This document shows positions 1 to 12,229 of a stretch of 64,000 nucleotides of DNA, one piece after another. Source of the stretch: Rhizophagus irregularis (lineage: Eukaryota). Position numbers and translations under genes: made by a program. Below the pieces are notes generated by a model. The model searched no databases. It saw nothing but the letters and a program-made list of their open reading frames with translations, and was not told where the DNA came from. The stretch's first letter is position 1, and every line of letters begins with the position of its first letter. The stretch covers positions 5,270,001 to 5,334,000 of the forward strand of contig NC_089435.1 in the NCBI RefSeq assembly GCF_026210795.1, given 5' to 3'.

Positions 1-568
1 AGATACCGGTATATGTCTTCGGCTTCCTTAAAGTCTCCAAGAGTCCGGCGTTTCCTTCAAAAGAAAAGAAGTCCGGAGACTACTAAAGTGAAACTTTTTA
101 ATCCGTTTCTGCATGTTGCAGATTATATTCCGAACGTTGGACGAGCTTGCCAGAAGTTAGAAATTTGATTTCGAGTTAAATATTTGGTTCTTCAAAAGGT
201 GTGATAAAAATTTATTTATTTAAAGTATTGTAAGAAAAAAGTTAAAAAAAAATTAACTTTAAAGTGTAAAAAAAAAAAGTTTATCAATTAAAAAAAAGAT
301 CAAAGATTTTTGTGGGAATAGAAATAATTACATGCCGTAAATTATTCCAATGACCTATCAGACTACTGATAGGTATAATAAAATTTTCTGATATTTTAAT
401 GATATGTCTTTAAAAAATCAGATTTTTTTCATAAAATATTATTAAACATTTCGGATTACCGATACTTGTAAATGTTTAATATTGCCTATCATGCCATATC
501 GGGTTTCTGATTATTTCCTGATATTTGACCAATACGTTATTACCCGATATTTCATCATTTGACCAGTG
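1..568. mobile_element. End of a non-autonomous DNA transposon with a CACTGGTCAAA terminus (CACTA/CMC-like), inserted in the hAT gene
   Basis: TTTGACCAGTG ends at 568, exactly where hAT similarity stops. Repeated (A)CCGATA/TATCGG motifs lie at 340-560. The same terminus and motifs recur from 56116. Confidence 0.55.
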
Positions 569-2476
569 ATTCTTTTTTTGATCAATTCCATAAAATCCAA
601 GTTCAGTTTTTGAATTGGATTTCCAATACAAAATTAATTTGCACATGGATTCTAGTTTATCCACATTAAGATTTAAGCGACGTTTATGAAATAGCCATCC
701 TAAAGTCGAAAATCCACGTTCGCAAGTTGCTGAGTTAGGACATATTGCAAATAGATAACTTGCAATTCTTGGCAGGACATCTGGTTCTGGTTCGGTATTA
801 ATATATTTCCACCAATTCACGGGATTATCTTTAGCAAAACCGATATCTAGGTCAAATGGCTCTTGCTCATTAATATATTTCTGTATTTGATCACATAAAG
901 TTTCAGCTTCGTAACGGTCGAAACCTAAATTTTTCCCGATTGAAGCTGCACATTTGATAATTCTCATGAGGGCGCATTTTTTAAGTGGCGCGTTTCTAAA
1001 TCTGGGATCCATAAAAAAACAAGTAATATACTTATCATCATCGAATTCATCAAATCTTTCATTTATTACTTTGATACAATGACTTCGGAATGCAGGATTT
1101 AATGATTTGGGTAACTTTTTTAATGTAGCTGCAAGTCTTGCCAAGCTCAGGAAACAATCTGCAAGTGTAGCTCTTCTCGATTCTAATGAAAGTACCGCTT
1201 TTCTTAGAGGATCCAGAACAAACCCAAGAACTCGTAAATTTGAAAAAAAATTTCTCGATTGAATAATCGGTTTTATTTTATCATTTGTTAGCACTTTATC
1301 GTGATCGCTGGCCATTTCTTCTAGTGCTGATTCCAAATTTATTACTGAATTTACGGATTCACTAGCAGTAGTCCAGCGTGTCTTGCAATATAATTTTAAT
1401 CCTCCTCCACTAATTCCTTTTTCTTTAATTATTTGAGCAAGTTTTGCATTAGCCTGATGAGAACTTCTAAAAAAGGTTGTCAAAATATTAACACGTTTTA
1501 ATAAACGTTCCCCAAACTTCTCCTTGACGATGTCGCATGCAATTAAATTGATAGAATGTGCAACGCATCGCACATTCTCAATCTTTGGATGATTCTCATG
1601 TATAATTTTTCGTGCATTACGAACATTGGCCGCATTATCGGAAACTACAGCACATATTCGATCTTCTCCAATACCTTCTATAACCTTTTCAATTACCGTA
1701 ACTAGATATTCTGCAGTGTGCGAATTTTCAGACAAATCAGAAAGTTGATAAAGATATTCTTTACGCGACGGAGTCATTACAATGAAGTTCCAAATTGAAC
1801 GATGTGTACCAGACGTCCAACCATCAAAGGCTAAATTATAAATTAATATTATATAGTAAGTAAGATTAAATAAAAATGACGTATGATAGCCTATTTAATT
1901 TAACAAACCTAACGTTAAATTCGTTTCCTTTTCAAGCTCAGAATTAACTTTGAAGTTCACTTGAGCTAATTCACGTTCAAGTAGTTGATTTACTAATACT
2001 TCCCTTGTTGGTGTATTGTACCCGGCATTAAGCTCTTTTATAAAATTGATGAAAAAGGGATGTTCCACTACTCTAAACGCAATTCCGCACGCAATAAAAA
2101 ATTTAACTAATGCACGATTAATTCGTGTACATCTTTGTTCGTTAAGCTCTGTTGAATCACGGTAATCATCCATGTTACTTTGACCTTCAGAGTATTTTCT
2201 TTTTTTGGATGACTTGGACTTATCTTGCCGTTCCATTACTTTAGTCATATACCTTCTAACAACTGCTGCTGGCGCATCTGGACAATGGTTTGAAAGATGC
2301 TCTTCAAGCTTTCAAACTTCACCGCGTGACCACGTATTCTTACAGTACTTGCAGGAGGCGGCAAATTTGCCAGAACCAACAGCTTCTCCTTTATTAATAT
2401 CTTCCCAAATGCTATTAGGTGGCCGACCTCCTCTATTTTTCATTTTAATGGGTGAATCTTCTATGTGATCAGTCAT
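569..2476 (-). pseudogene. hAT transposase (BED finger, RNase H-like core, C-terminal dimerisation region), disrupted
   Basis: ATG at 2476. BED finger IWE..CKYC..HLSNHC has one in-frame TGA. An intron at ~1832-1908 joins LTL to AFDGWT. Motifs SDNAAN, RCVAHSINL, TRW and SATCERGFS are present. The 3' end is cut at 568. Confidence 0.9.
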
Positions 2477-2990
2477 TTGAAATAGTTTATTATTAATATT
2501 ATTATTAAGAAAACGGAAGAAAGTAAAAGAAACTTTAGTTCAGTGTTAAAGGAGATGACGGAATTGGGTTTATTAAATGCATATTACGCATTTTCCTTTA
2601 ATGAATATAAGCCCCTTAAAAAAAACTGTAAAAACGTGTAATATCATAATATTAATATGGGAGTTAGAAATGAAAATTCTAACACTAGATAAAGCTTAAA
2701 AGAACTAAGATGACGGTAAAATATTGAAGTTTAATCTTTTATCTGTAGATTATTTGATCATCTAAATTATATTATTAATTGGTGTAACTTGGCGTAACTA
2801 TATGCAAATCTTATGATCAACTATGCCGAAACTACGGAGAAACCTATTATAGAGGTTTCGGCATGTTTCGGCAGTTTCGCAATTTTGACAGGTTTCGCAG
2901 TTTTGGCGTTTCGGCGTTTCGGCACTATATAAGAGGTTTCGCACCTTTCGGCATTAGGCCGAAACACGGTTTTGCGACAAGCAACCCTTA
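569..2990 (-). mobile_element. hAT element, 5' end and body
   Basis: Terminus TAAGGGTTGCTTGTC (reverse strand) ends at 2990, with GTTTCGGCA subterminal repeats at 2850-2970. Same TIR family as 19331 and 52279. Confidence 0.75.
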
Positions 2991-3174
2991 ATTAATATTA
3001 TACAAAATATTTTGTTAGGTACTAGTTCACAACATATAAAGTTACAATAATATTATAATATAAAAATATAAAATAATAATCAACTTATAAGTTATAAATA
3101 GTTTTCTAATAAATAAATAATATAAATTTCCTTTTCGTTTAATTATTATAGTATATATATTAAGCACTTATAGT

Positions 3175-4150
3175 AGGACCCAGAAATATATATATAGGGG
3201 TCAAGTAGCGAAAATTTTTTTTTACTATGAGCTATATGCAGAGACTTTTTATATGAGTAGTACGCATAATTGACACCTGATATTGAAAATCCTGCAAAAA
3301 TATGCAAATAAAATTTCAGATATTAAGTTATTAATTATTTTATCATGGCTTTTATATTATTTATAAAACCAAATACTAATGTGAAAAAATAGAATTTACC
3401 ATTTTTTTAATAATATTTTTCTAAAATTTCACTTTTTAACTCTTAGAAATTTCTTTCAATTTATACTAAATATTACAATGCTGTTAGTACGTACAGTAAA
3501 TATATTACAGTCGACTCTGGTTATAACGAACTTGTTTGTACCGAAACCTCGCTATACCGAATCATAATTTCCAGAACCGATTTTTTATAAATAATTTCAC
3601 TGGATATAACGAACTTTTATAATAAAACACTATATAACGCATCTGAACCAAACTTAACCAGCCCCTATATATCAGCTATATAATAACTTTATACTTTTTA
3701 TAACGAACGGTCATGTGACTATATAGTAGTTCAGGCCAATTTTATAGTGCTGGCCAGAATTACTAGTAATTTTTTCAAAAATTTATGTTAAAAGAAATTA
3801 TAATTTTGGCCAGCATTACAAATTTGGCCTAAATTACCTATAAAGAAAACTAGTTTGGTATATTATATAACGAATTCACTATATACTGAACTAAACCTCC
3901 TAGAACGGAAGGTTCATTATATCCAGAGTTGACTGTATATATATAAGATTAGCCAAATTTAGGCTAAAAACACGTAAACTAATTTTTTACATATAAAAAT
4001 TTTGATAAAAAATATGCAATCTTGATGATCTAACTATAGATGAAAATTCTAAAATTGTATGCAAATTATAACTTTACTTCATCTAATTTCACTATGATGG
4101 TGACGTATCTGTATACCCTACATACCCCTGTATATATATTTCTGGGTTCT
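3175..4150. mobile_element. Non-autonomous element with AGGACCCAGAAATATATATA termini
   Basis: TIRs at 3175 and 4150; 8-bp TSD CTTATAGT/TTTATAGT. Confidence 0.75.
3508..3935. mobile_element. Tc1/mariner-pogo-type MITE nested in the 3175-4150 element
   Basis: TIR CAGTCGACTCTGGTTATAACGAAC / GTTCATTATATCCAGAGTTGACTG with TA on both sides. Confidence 0.85.
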
Positions 4151-4569
4151 TTTATAGTGATTTATTTATTTCTTTAGTAATCAAAAACAAAGAAAAAAAA
4201 AGCCAAAATGCTTGAAATGTTAATTTGCTAAACCAGTTCAGTTTAAGTTCATCAGTTTAATACAGCTTTAAGTTTAAGCTTTTTTGAAAAAATAAGCTTT
4301 CAAGCGATTGAACTTATTATATTAGTTAAACACAAATATATTATATAGTTAGACTAGATTTATATAAGCGAGTTTGTAAGCCTGCTTATCTATTTCATTA
4401 TATAATAAATCTTAATCAGATTATATTGGAGCTTGAGATTTATTTTTATTTATATTTGATTTTTTATATCTATATTATTTAAATACATATTTGCTAAAGT
4501 TTTATTGATTTTTCAAATAATTTTTAATAATATTTGTTTCATACCAAATTTTAAGGCAGAGGTACAGAC

Positions 4570-4795
4570 ATGACTCGCTTACTTATAAGATAGGTTACCC
4601 CCAGGCTCAAGCGTAAAAATCATATATAAAATTCTTTGCAGATCCTACTATAAAAGGAAATTTTATATTACATTGTTATGATTTTTTTCTTTTTTAGCTA
4701 ATTAACCAATAGAATTTAAGAAAAAAGTAAGGTAAAAACTAGTAGTAAAGAGCCAATTTTCTATGGTGACCTTTATTATAAGTAAGCAGGGTCCT
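4570..4795. mobile_element. ~230-bp MITE (AGGACCCTGCTTACTTATA family)
   Basis: Near-identical to 5210-5441 and to the inverted copy at 19895-20120; left end degenerate. Confidence 0.75.
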
Positions 4796-4849
4796 GCTTG
4801 CATGAACATTTTCTGTTGATAACCAGTTTCAGATTGGACTAATTGTATG

Positions 4850-5083
4850 AGGACCCAGAAATATATATATAGGGGTCAGGTGATGAAAAAAATTTTTTAC
4901 TATGAGCTATACACATTTTTTCAGGGCTGAAATTATGATAATGTCAGTCGGTTACTATAATAGGAAATAAAATTCTGACTGAAATTATCAAAAATTATCT
5001 AAAAAAGGAAAGATTTTCATGATTTTTTTAGTTCAAAATACGCAAACTCAAACCTGACTCTTTTATATATATTTCTGGATCCT
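4850..5083. mobile_element. MITE with AGGACCCAGAAATATATATA termini
   Basis: TIRs plus a perfect 8-bp TSD ATTGTATG. Confidence 0.9.
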
Positions 5084-5209
5084 ATTGTATGTTTGGCGAC
5101 TGAAAAAATTTGCTCATTAAGAATATTTTTTGTGGCAAAGGTTACAAGATTGTTATTATCAATATCATCAACAAAGTTCCAAATAAAATTAATTTTTTGC
5201 CGTTTTGAC

Positions 5210-5441
5210 AGGATCTTGCTTACTTATAAGATAGTCGTCCCCACGTTCCTAAGCGTAAAAATCATATATAAAATTCTTTGCAGATTCTACTATAAAAGGA
5301 AATTTTATGTTACATTATTATGATTTTTTTCTTTTTTAGCTAATTAACTAATAGAATTTAAGAAAAAAGTAAGGTAAAAACTATTAGTAAAGGGCCAATT
5401 TTCTACAGTGACCTTTATTATAAATAAGTAAGTAGGGTCCT
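5210..5441. mobile_element. ~230-bp MITE (AGGACCCTGCTTACTTATA family)
   Basis: TIRs plus a perfect 8-bp TSD GTTTTGAC. Confidence 0.9.
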
Positions 5442-5514
5442 GTTTTGACATATGTTTTGTAATAGATTTGGATGAAGTTAATGCAATTTTATTTGTGTTA
5501 TCAGGCGGCGTATC

Positions 5515-5749
5515 CAGTGTTTATTTTTCACTGTGCGGCATGTGCGTACACATACGATCAGAATTTTGCGCACACCTTTTTTAGAAAAGATACAGAGACA
5601 CACAAAAAATTTTGAAATATCCTTATACGATTGGGCGCATATGTATTACAGCGCCATATATAGTATAGCCATACCACTTTGCCGCACAGTAAGACTCAAT
5701 AAATTGTGCGCTATCTGCACAGTAACTTTTTATCAAAAAATTAACACTG
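5515..5749. mobile_element. hAT-type MITE
   Basis: CAGTGTT...AACACTG termini with a perfect 8-bp TSD GGCGTATC. Confidence 0.85.
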
Positions 5750-6917
5750 GGCGTATCATTATTTATTAATGTAACATTGTAATTATTATTTATTAAATTT
5801 ATTTCTGTAAGATTTGTATTATCATCAGTAATAAGAAAAAATGCATTAGTATCATATTCTAAAATTTCATTGTCAGTCATTTGGATTTATTAGAAAAAAT
5901 TATGATGAGTGAAACTAAAGTTATTTTGGTCAACTGCATTATATATACTTTTTTAAGTTTATACTAACAAAAGTATTAAGCAAGCTCAAAGCACGTTTAA
6001 AAGCATATTAAAGCTTATTGAAAAAAGCTTGTAATTAAACTCAGTTTAAATATGCTTTGTTGAAGCAATTTAACATTCCTATAAAACGCCCAAAATGTAC
6101 CATTAACTAATAATAAATAAATGTCACGTAATGTATTGTACAGTTGTACTGTACAACTGTACATCATAATTTTTGCCAAACAAAATTTCGGCCAAAATTA
6201 CAAAATCACGTAAAGGTGAAAAATCTTGGGGCAATGCTGAGAAAGATGATTTACCCAGTATCACCCCAAGATTTCTAAGTAAAATTCTGCCCACATAACC
6301 GATGATGTTTAAAGGAGTGTAAAAAAATATTTTTTTGCCACTAAAAATTTTCCAAATTCCCAGAATACTAACTAGCCTAGCATTATTCTAAAAAAAGCAC
6401 TGGTCACATGACCATGTAAAAATCATTACATCCGTCACACTTCTTAGTGTTTCATTGTTTATATTTATCTGAGGGACTTAGTTTTTTTCAAGTTGATAAA
6501 AACTTATTCGTCACACATTATCTGTCCCACACTGTTCACGTGACTGTGCATAATTCCGCATAATGCCGGCCACAAGTGCTTTTTTTTTGGGATAACGCTA
6601 GGGTAGTTAATACTTATGAAAAAATGAAAACGGTGAGGTGTGACACGAGATGACATTTTATGCAGGTCACGTGGGGTCAAAAATCTTGGGAAGATCAATT
6701 AAATGTCACTCGTTCCTTATATGGTGATGACGATGTGATAATTAAAACAGATCACGTGATCGAAGAATTTGGATTGTTTATATGGTGCAGCTATAATTTA
6801 AAATCTTCACAAATTATCTAAATCGTACTTTATACTGCACAAAAAATTTATCTTCAATGCTTTGATTAATTATATTTATTTATAAGTGTAAAAATTTTAC
6901 AAATCCTAATAAATATA

Positions 6918-8378
6918 TTACATATTATCACTATTATTAGACTGACTCCACATTCCACGTCCAGCCTTACGCTGTTCTTCAGCTAATTTTTTAAACATAT
7001 CCATTGTATTTTGTTCTTTTGATTGATATGCAATAGCCTTTTCCTGTAAACTTGCTGCTTTTTCCGCTTTATAAGATTGTTTTTGCTTTTCTCGTGCATC
7101 TCTTGCTCGTTTATGAGCTGCGAATCTGCGAAAATATATATTAAATTAATATTCGCACAGTGACATATATAAACTATGTAATTACCTCGATTGAAAATCA
7201 TCGTCACCCATCAAATCCCTATCGTTTAATTCAACATCCGGACTTACTTCTCTTCGATGATATGCATTCTTGGCCCTCTTTTTTTCTATAATAGCTTCTC
7301 TCCCTATATAAGATAAAACGATACTTATTAGCTTAATAAACATTTAATTACCATAAATAACTAAACTTACCCGTTTCTCTTGGTACTAATTCATCAAGAG
7401 TGGCCTCATGCGTTTTTTTAAAATCTTTAAGTTCTTTCTTTTTCAACGCACGTTCATAACGTTCCCTATCTTCCTGATCCATTTCTACGGACTCGGAACA
7501 AGGTGAACATTTACAGTATATTTGATAATTATTTAAAAAAATTAGCGATGAACGAGATTTCAATGCAATTTAAATACGATCGCAACAATCTCACCTTCTT
7601 CATATCCACCCTTCGATAATGAAGGTGGCATTATCGGACCTAAAAGAAAGAAACATTGAATATTCAATATTACAAAAAAAAAACTTTGAATTTTATTACT
7701 TACCAATAGATCTTTTAGATGTTGTATCAATTTTGTTATTTCCAGATCTCATTTGAACTTCCATTGCAAAATTAGTATTAGTCTGTCTATCTACAGAATG
7801 TTTAATGGTATCAATTTCATCTTGATTAATTTTTAAATTTTTCCACTTGTATCGAGTCGTTTCTGAACTCGTTAATTGCGAAGAACGTATCCCATCATAA
7901 TATTTTTCTAATATCAATAAGTGTGATTCGAGTTATTAACGCGAATAAAAATTTAAATGCTAAACGATGTTACTTACTATCCAATTTATGTTTATTCCAA
8001 GCACTAACAAATTTTTTAAAATAACGATGTGCCTGTTCAGAACTCAATTCATCAAAGAACTTATCTTTATCTTCCCTCAACCAAGTACGAAACTCTGTTG
8101 ACTTTGAGAAATAATCATCTACAGAAATCGCTATTATAAACATAAGGAGTTAGCTAAATTCTTAAAATACGTACAAGCGTGTACGCACATTTAAAATCTT
8201 TCAGCGAAGAAACTTCTGACTCGGTATCTGAACGTTGACGTTTGTGACTCTTTTTTTTATGTTTCTTTTCTTTTCGAGAACTATATTCATGTTCGCTATC
8301 GTCTCTCGAATGAACACGATGACTCTTTGGACGAGGCGACGCAGATCGTGACAGATCGTAACCAAGATGGGAAGACAT
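6918..8378 (-). CDS. Multi-exon conserved eukaryotic protein with an RS/K-rich N-terminus and a style cell-cycle inhibitor 1 (SCI1)-like domain
   Basis: Manual splicing joins the ORF pieces: MSSHLGY...SVDDYFSKSTEFRTWLREDKDKFFDELSSEQAHRYFKKFVSAWNKHKLDKKYYDGI...ATLDELVPRETGREAIIEKKR...MFKKLAEEQRK. About 7 exons, no internal stops noticed. Family call is from motif recall. Confidence 0.8.
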
Positions 8379-9452
8379 TTTAACAAGCTTTTACCTAAAT
8401 AATTTGCAATCTCCCGAGTATTTATATAAACTGTTGGCATTATTGCACCAATCAAAAGTGATTATAATTATGACTAAAAAAAATTGTCGCATTCTCTCAC
8501 GCTTAGATAATAAATCTTCATCTTATATCTTTTTTGAAGCTTATATAAAGGAAAATCAAGAACCCAGCCACATCTGAGCAACCAAAAATTTTTTATTTTT
8601 TTTATTTCCTTCATTTATTTCGGTTTATTTAAACTGAAAATTTTTTATTTTTTTTATTTTCTTCATTTATTTCGGTTAGCAACAATGTGCTGATTCCAAT
8701 TCATTTTATAATAAATTGGGATATTATTCACGTTTCAATGAATAATGTACGGTGCTCTTGTAGGCCTTGTGTTTGGTTCGTCGCAGGTGTCGCACTGTCG
8801 CAGGTGCCGTAGCTCATACGACAATGCTTATCTCCTTATCTTTTTTCCCAGCAAGATATTAAGTGTGTAGGAGTATATAAAAGTTCAGCCAACTTTCTCG
8901 CGCAAAAACAAGGTATGTACAATATATGCCAGAAGTTATGTATACATGGGACAAGTTTTTCTAGGAAAATGAAATATGACCATCCCCACTGGTTGCTTCA
9001 TTGGAATCCTACATAATAATATTAATCTAACGATTCAATTTCCCATTCAAAATAAGTTTGACTTAAAGCAATTATAATAAAACTACTAATCATAAATTTT
9101 TGATTCTTTTAGTTAAAAGATGAAAATTGAATCAGTGGTTAAAGAAAAATTTAATTGTTAAATAATCACTATTTCATATATAAAAGGTATTTTTATATAT
9201 AAAATAGTGATTTTTTAACAATTGATTTCTCCTTAACTACTGATCCAATTTTGCTTGTTTTTGATCCTTTTAATTAGAAGAATTCAAATTTATTATTAAA
9301 TTTGTGATTTAAAATTAAATATTTTAATCATTTTTTCAAAATTTCAATTCTTAATTTTGACTAATTTTTATTAAATAATAATTATAATCATGTATTTTTT
9401 CCAAAAAAAATTCCCAATTCTTGGAAATTTTGCACAATTTCAAATTAAATTT

Positions 9453-9884
9453 GGGTATTGCTAAATATCACCAGTGGTGATTGTCACCACACACTTAATT
9501 CTGGCCGAAAATTATAATTTTGGCCAGAGTTAAAAAACACATTGGAAATTTTTTTTCAAAAATTTCAATTTAAATAATAAATGTGTAAAACAAACCCGAG
9601 TAGATACTAATCACACTAAAATTTTGAAAATTTGACTAAAAAAAATCTTTTTTAAAACAAAAAATTGTATTTTGCTTATAAAATCAAACTTTTCTATTTT
9701 TTTCAAAAACTATCTAAACAACAGCCTTTATAATCTAAGGTAAACATATTTTACCCATAAATTTACATATAGTAATAATATTTACATTATAATTAGAATA
9801 ATATCTTAGTCAAAAATTTTTGAAAATTCAAAAAAATATTTTACATGTGGTGATGATCACCACTGGTAATATTTAGCAATACCC
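9453..9884. mobile_element. MITE with ~40-bp TIRs starting GGG (Mutator/Merlin-like)
   Basis: GGGTATTGCTAAATATCACCAGTGGTGAT / ATCACCACTGGTAATATTTAGCAATACCC; TSD TTAAATTT. Confidence 0.85.
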
Positions 9885-10834
9885 TTAAATTTTTTACCTT
9901 TGAAAATCACCCTTTTTGAATTGAAAACTGTGGTTTGTATTATAAATGTTTATAAAAACTGTTACATTAAGAATTTAAAAAAAACAGGTGACATAAAAAA
10001 AATGTTAAATTTCTTTTTTTTAATATATATAACATGTTAAAATAAGATTTAACTTTTATTATCTATTACTTATAGGTGCAATCAGAATTTCTTAATTATG
10101 GCATTTTGGCATTATGACATGTCATAAATAATGCTGTAACTGTAATAAAATACTGTAATCAAGGGGAAGTATCTATGTAAATCATTTTTTACTAATGGCA
10201 ATGGCTAATTGAAAATGATTGACATACAAATTACATGACTGATTCAAACAAACAAAATTCACTTTTTTATTATAAAATTTATAAAATCAATAAAATAAAA
10301 TTTATAAAATTATATAAGTTTTTTTCTTTTATTGTTTAAAATAATATTTTCATATAATGTGTTTTGCTTCTTTCTCAGCATTATTTTCTAGTCCAATAAT
10401 TACTGACTTGAAGGAAAAGTTTTCAGTTAAGGCTGCTATTTTTTGAAGTTGAAAGTTCAAAACTATAAAACCTTTAGCATAAAGTTCGTCTATGACTAAG
10501 GATGGGCCCTCAAATGATTTTTCAAATCTGCAATATTGCAGATTTTGGAGTCAAATTGCAGTTAGTAATCCGCAATTCCACAATTCTGATTGGCTAATAT
10601 TTTTAAATAATAAATTATTTTTTAAACGTTTATAATGATAAATAAATAAAAATATTTTTTAAATCAATATAATAAATTTATTTATTTATTTATTTATTTG
10701 TTTATCATTCGTCTTAAACATAGACTGATATTTTTCTAAATTGCATAACTGTGCCGTTTCTTAGAAAAAATTCTGGACAATTTTGTCCATTTTTAAAATA
10801 AGTCTTCCTGTTATATATATTTTTATCAAGCAAC

Positions 10835-11620
10835 CCTATAAAAAGAAAAGAAATGTTAGTGACGTTTCTTTTTAAAGAAAATTAGCAACAAACATCTTTT
10901 TCTTCGGTTCTCCCTTACCTCAATTTCAAAATTCTGGTTGTGTCTTTAATTATTAAACCCTACGAAAAGAAAAAAAAATAAATTAATTAAATTTATCAAA
11001 AAAAAATAATGAAAATTTTCCGGTCCTCCCTTACCTCAATCCAGAATTCTGGTCATACTTTTCGTCTAGCAACTCTACAAAAACGAAAAAAAAAATAAAT
11101 TAGTGAAAATTATTTAAAAAAAGTAACAAAATCCCTTCCCGGTGGCCCTCCCTTATCTCAATTCCAGAAGTTTGGTCACGCTTTTCATTTGGCAACTCTA
11201 CAAAAATGAAAAAAAAATAAATTAGTTTGAAAATATTAAAAAAAAAAGCAATAAAAACCCTTCCTGGTCCTTCCTTACTTTAATTTCAAAAGTCCAGTCA
11301 TGCTTTTTTTCCGGCAACTCAACAAAAACAAAAAAAAATAAATTAGTTATTAAAAAAAATAACGAAAACCCTTCCTAGTCTTCCCTTATCTTGAGCTTTT
11401 CATCCGGTAACACTACAAAAATGAAAAAAAAATAAATTAAAAAAAAATAACAAAAATTCTTTCCGGTCCTTCTCTTACCTCAATTTCAAAAGTTCGGCCA
11501 TACTTTTCGTCCGGCAACTCTACAAAATCAAAAAAAAAAAATAAATTTATTAAAAAAACAACTTGCTGTCCAGTTTCTCCTTATCTACATGACTCCATTT
11601 TAAAAAGTTCAGTCATAATT
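10835..11620 (-). repeat. Tandem ~120-bp intron/micro-exon array (~6-7 units)
   Basis: Plus strand repeats CCTTACC...CTAC(A/G)AAAA, i.e. GTAAGG donors and T-rich TAG acceptors on the minus strand, around ~40-nt exons. Confidence 0.7.
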
Positions 11621-12229
11621 TTTGTCTGGAAACTTCAATAAAAAAGAAAAAGAGATCATCAGATGATTTGTATTACGCAATTCATTTGATAATCTGTGTC
11701 GGACTGGCAGACTATAATTGGTAAATCTGCAAATCTGCAAATATTCTGCAATTTTGTAAAGTACCGCAATAGGCTCCGGATAATTATAATAGAGGTCATA
11801 TACAAAATAAGTATAAAATTTTGTATTTTTAATTAAAAGGTTATATGAAAAAAACGTATATTTTAAGAAAATGTTATATGCAAAAATAGTATATTACAAA
11901 AATAGGTTATAGTAAAAAAAAGTATAAAATTTTAAATAAAAATTTAAGGTCATATATAAGCTTTATTATAAAAGGGTATATTCGAAAATAAAATGATTAA
12001 CGTATGCCATAAGTCAAATAATCAAAAAGATATAAATCAATAATCTGCGGATAATCAGTTAATCAGATATTACTTTAATTGTATTAAAAACATGAGTAAA
12101 ACGCGCATGTTAAATTAATAATAACGCGTATTTTATAATTTGAAAATAGCATCTTTTCTTTCTTTCTTATCATTTAAAATAAAACATCACAGGTGCTTAT
12201 TTCATTTTCCAATACGTTATAAAAAATGA

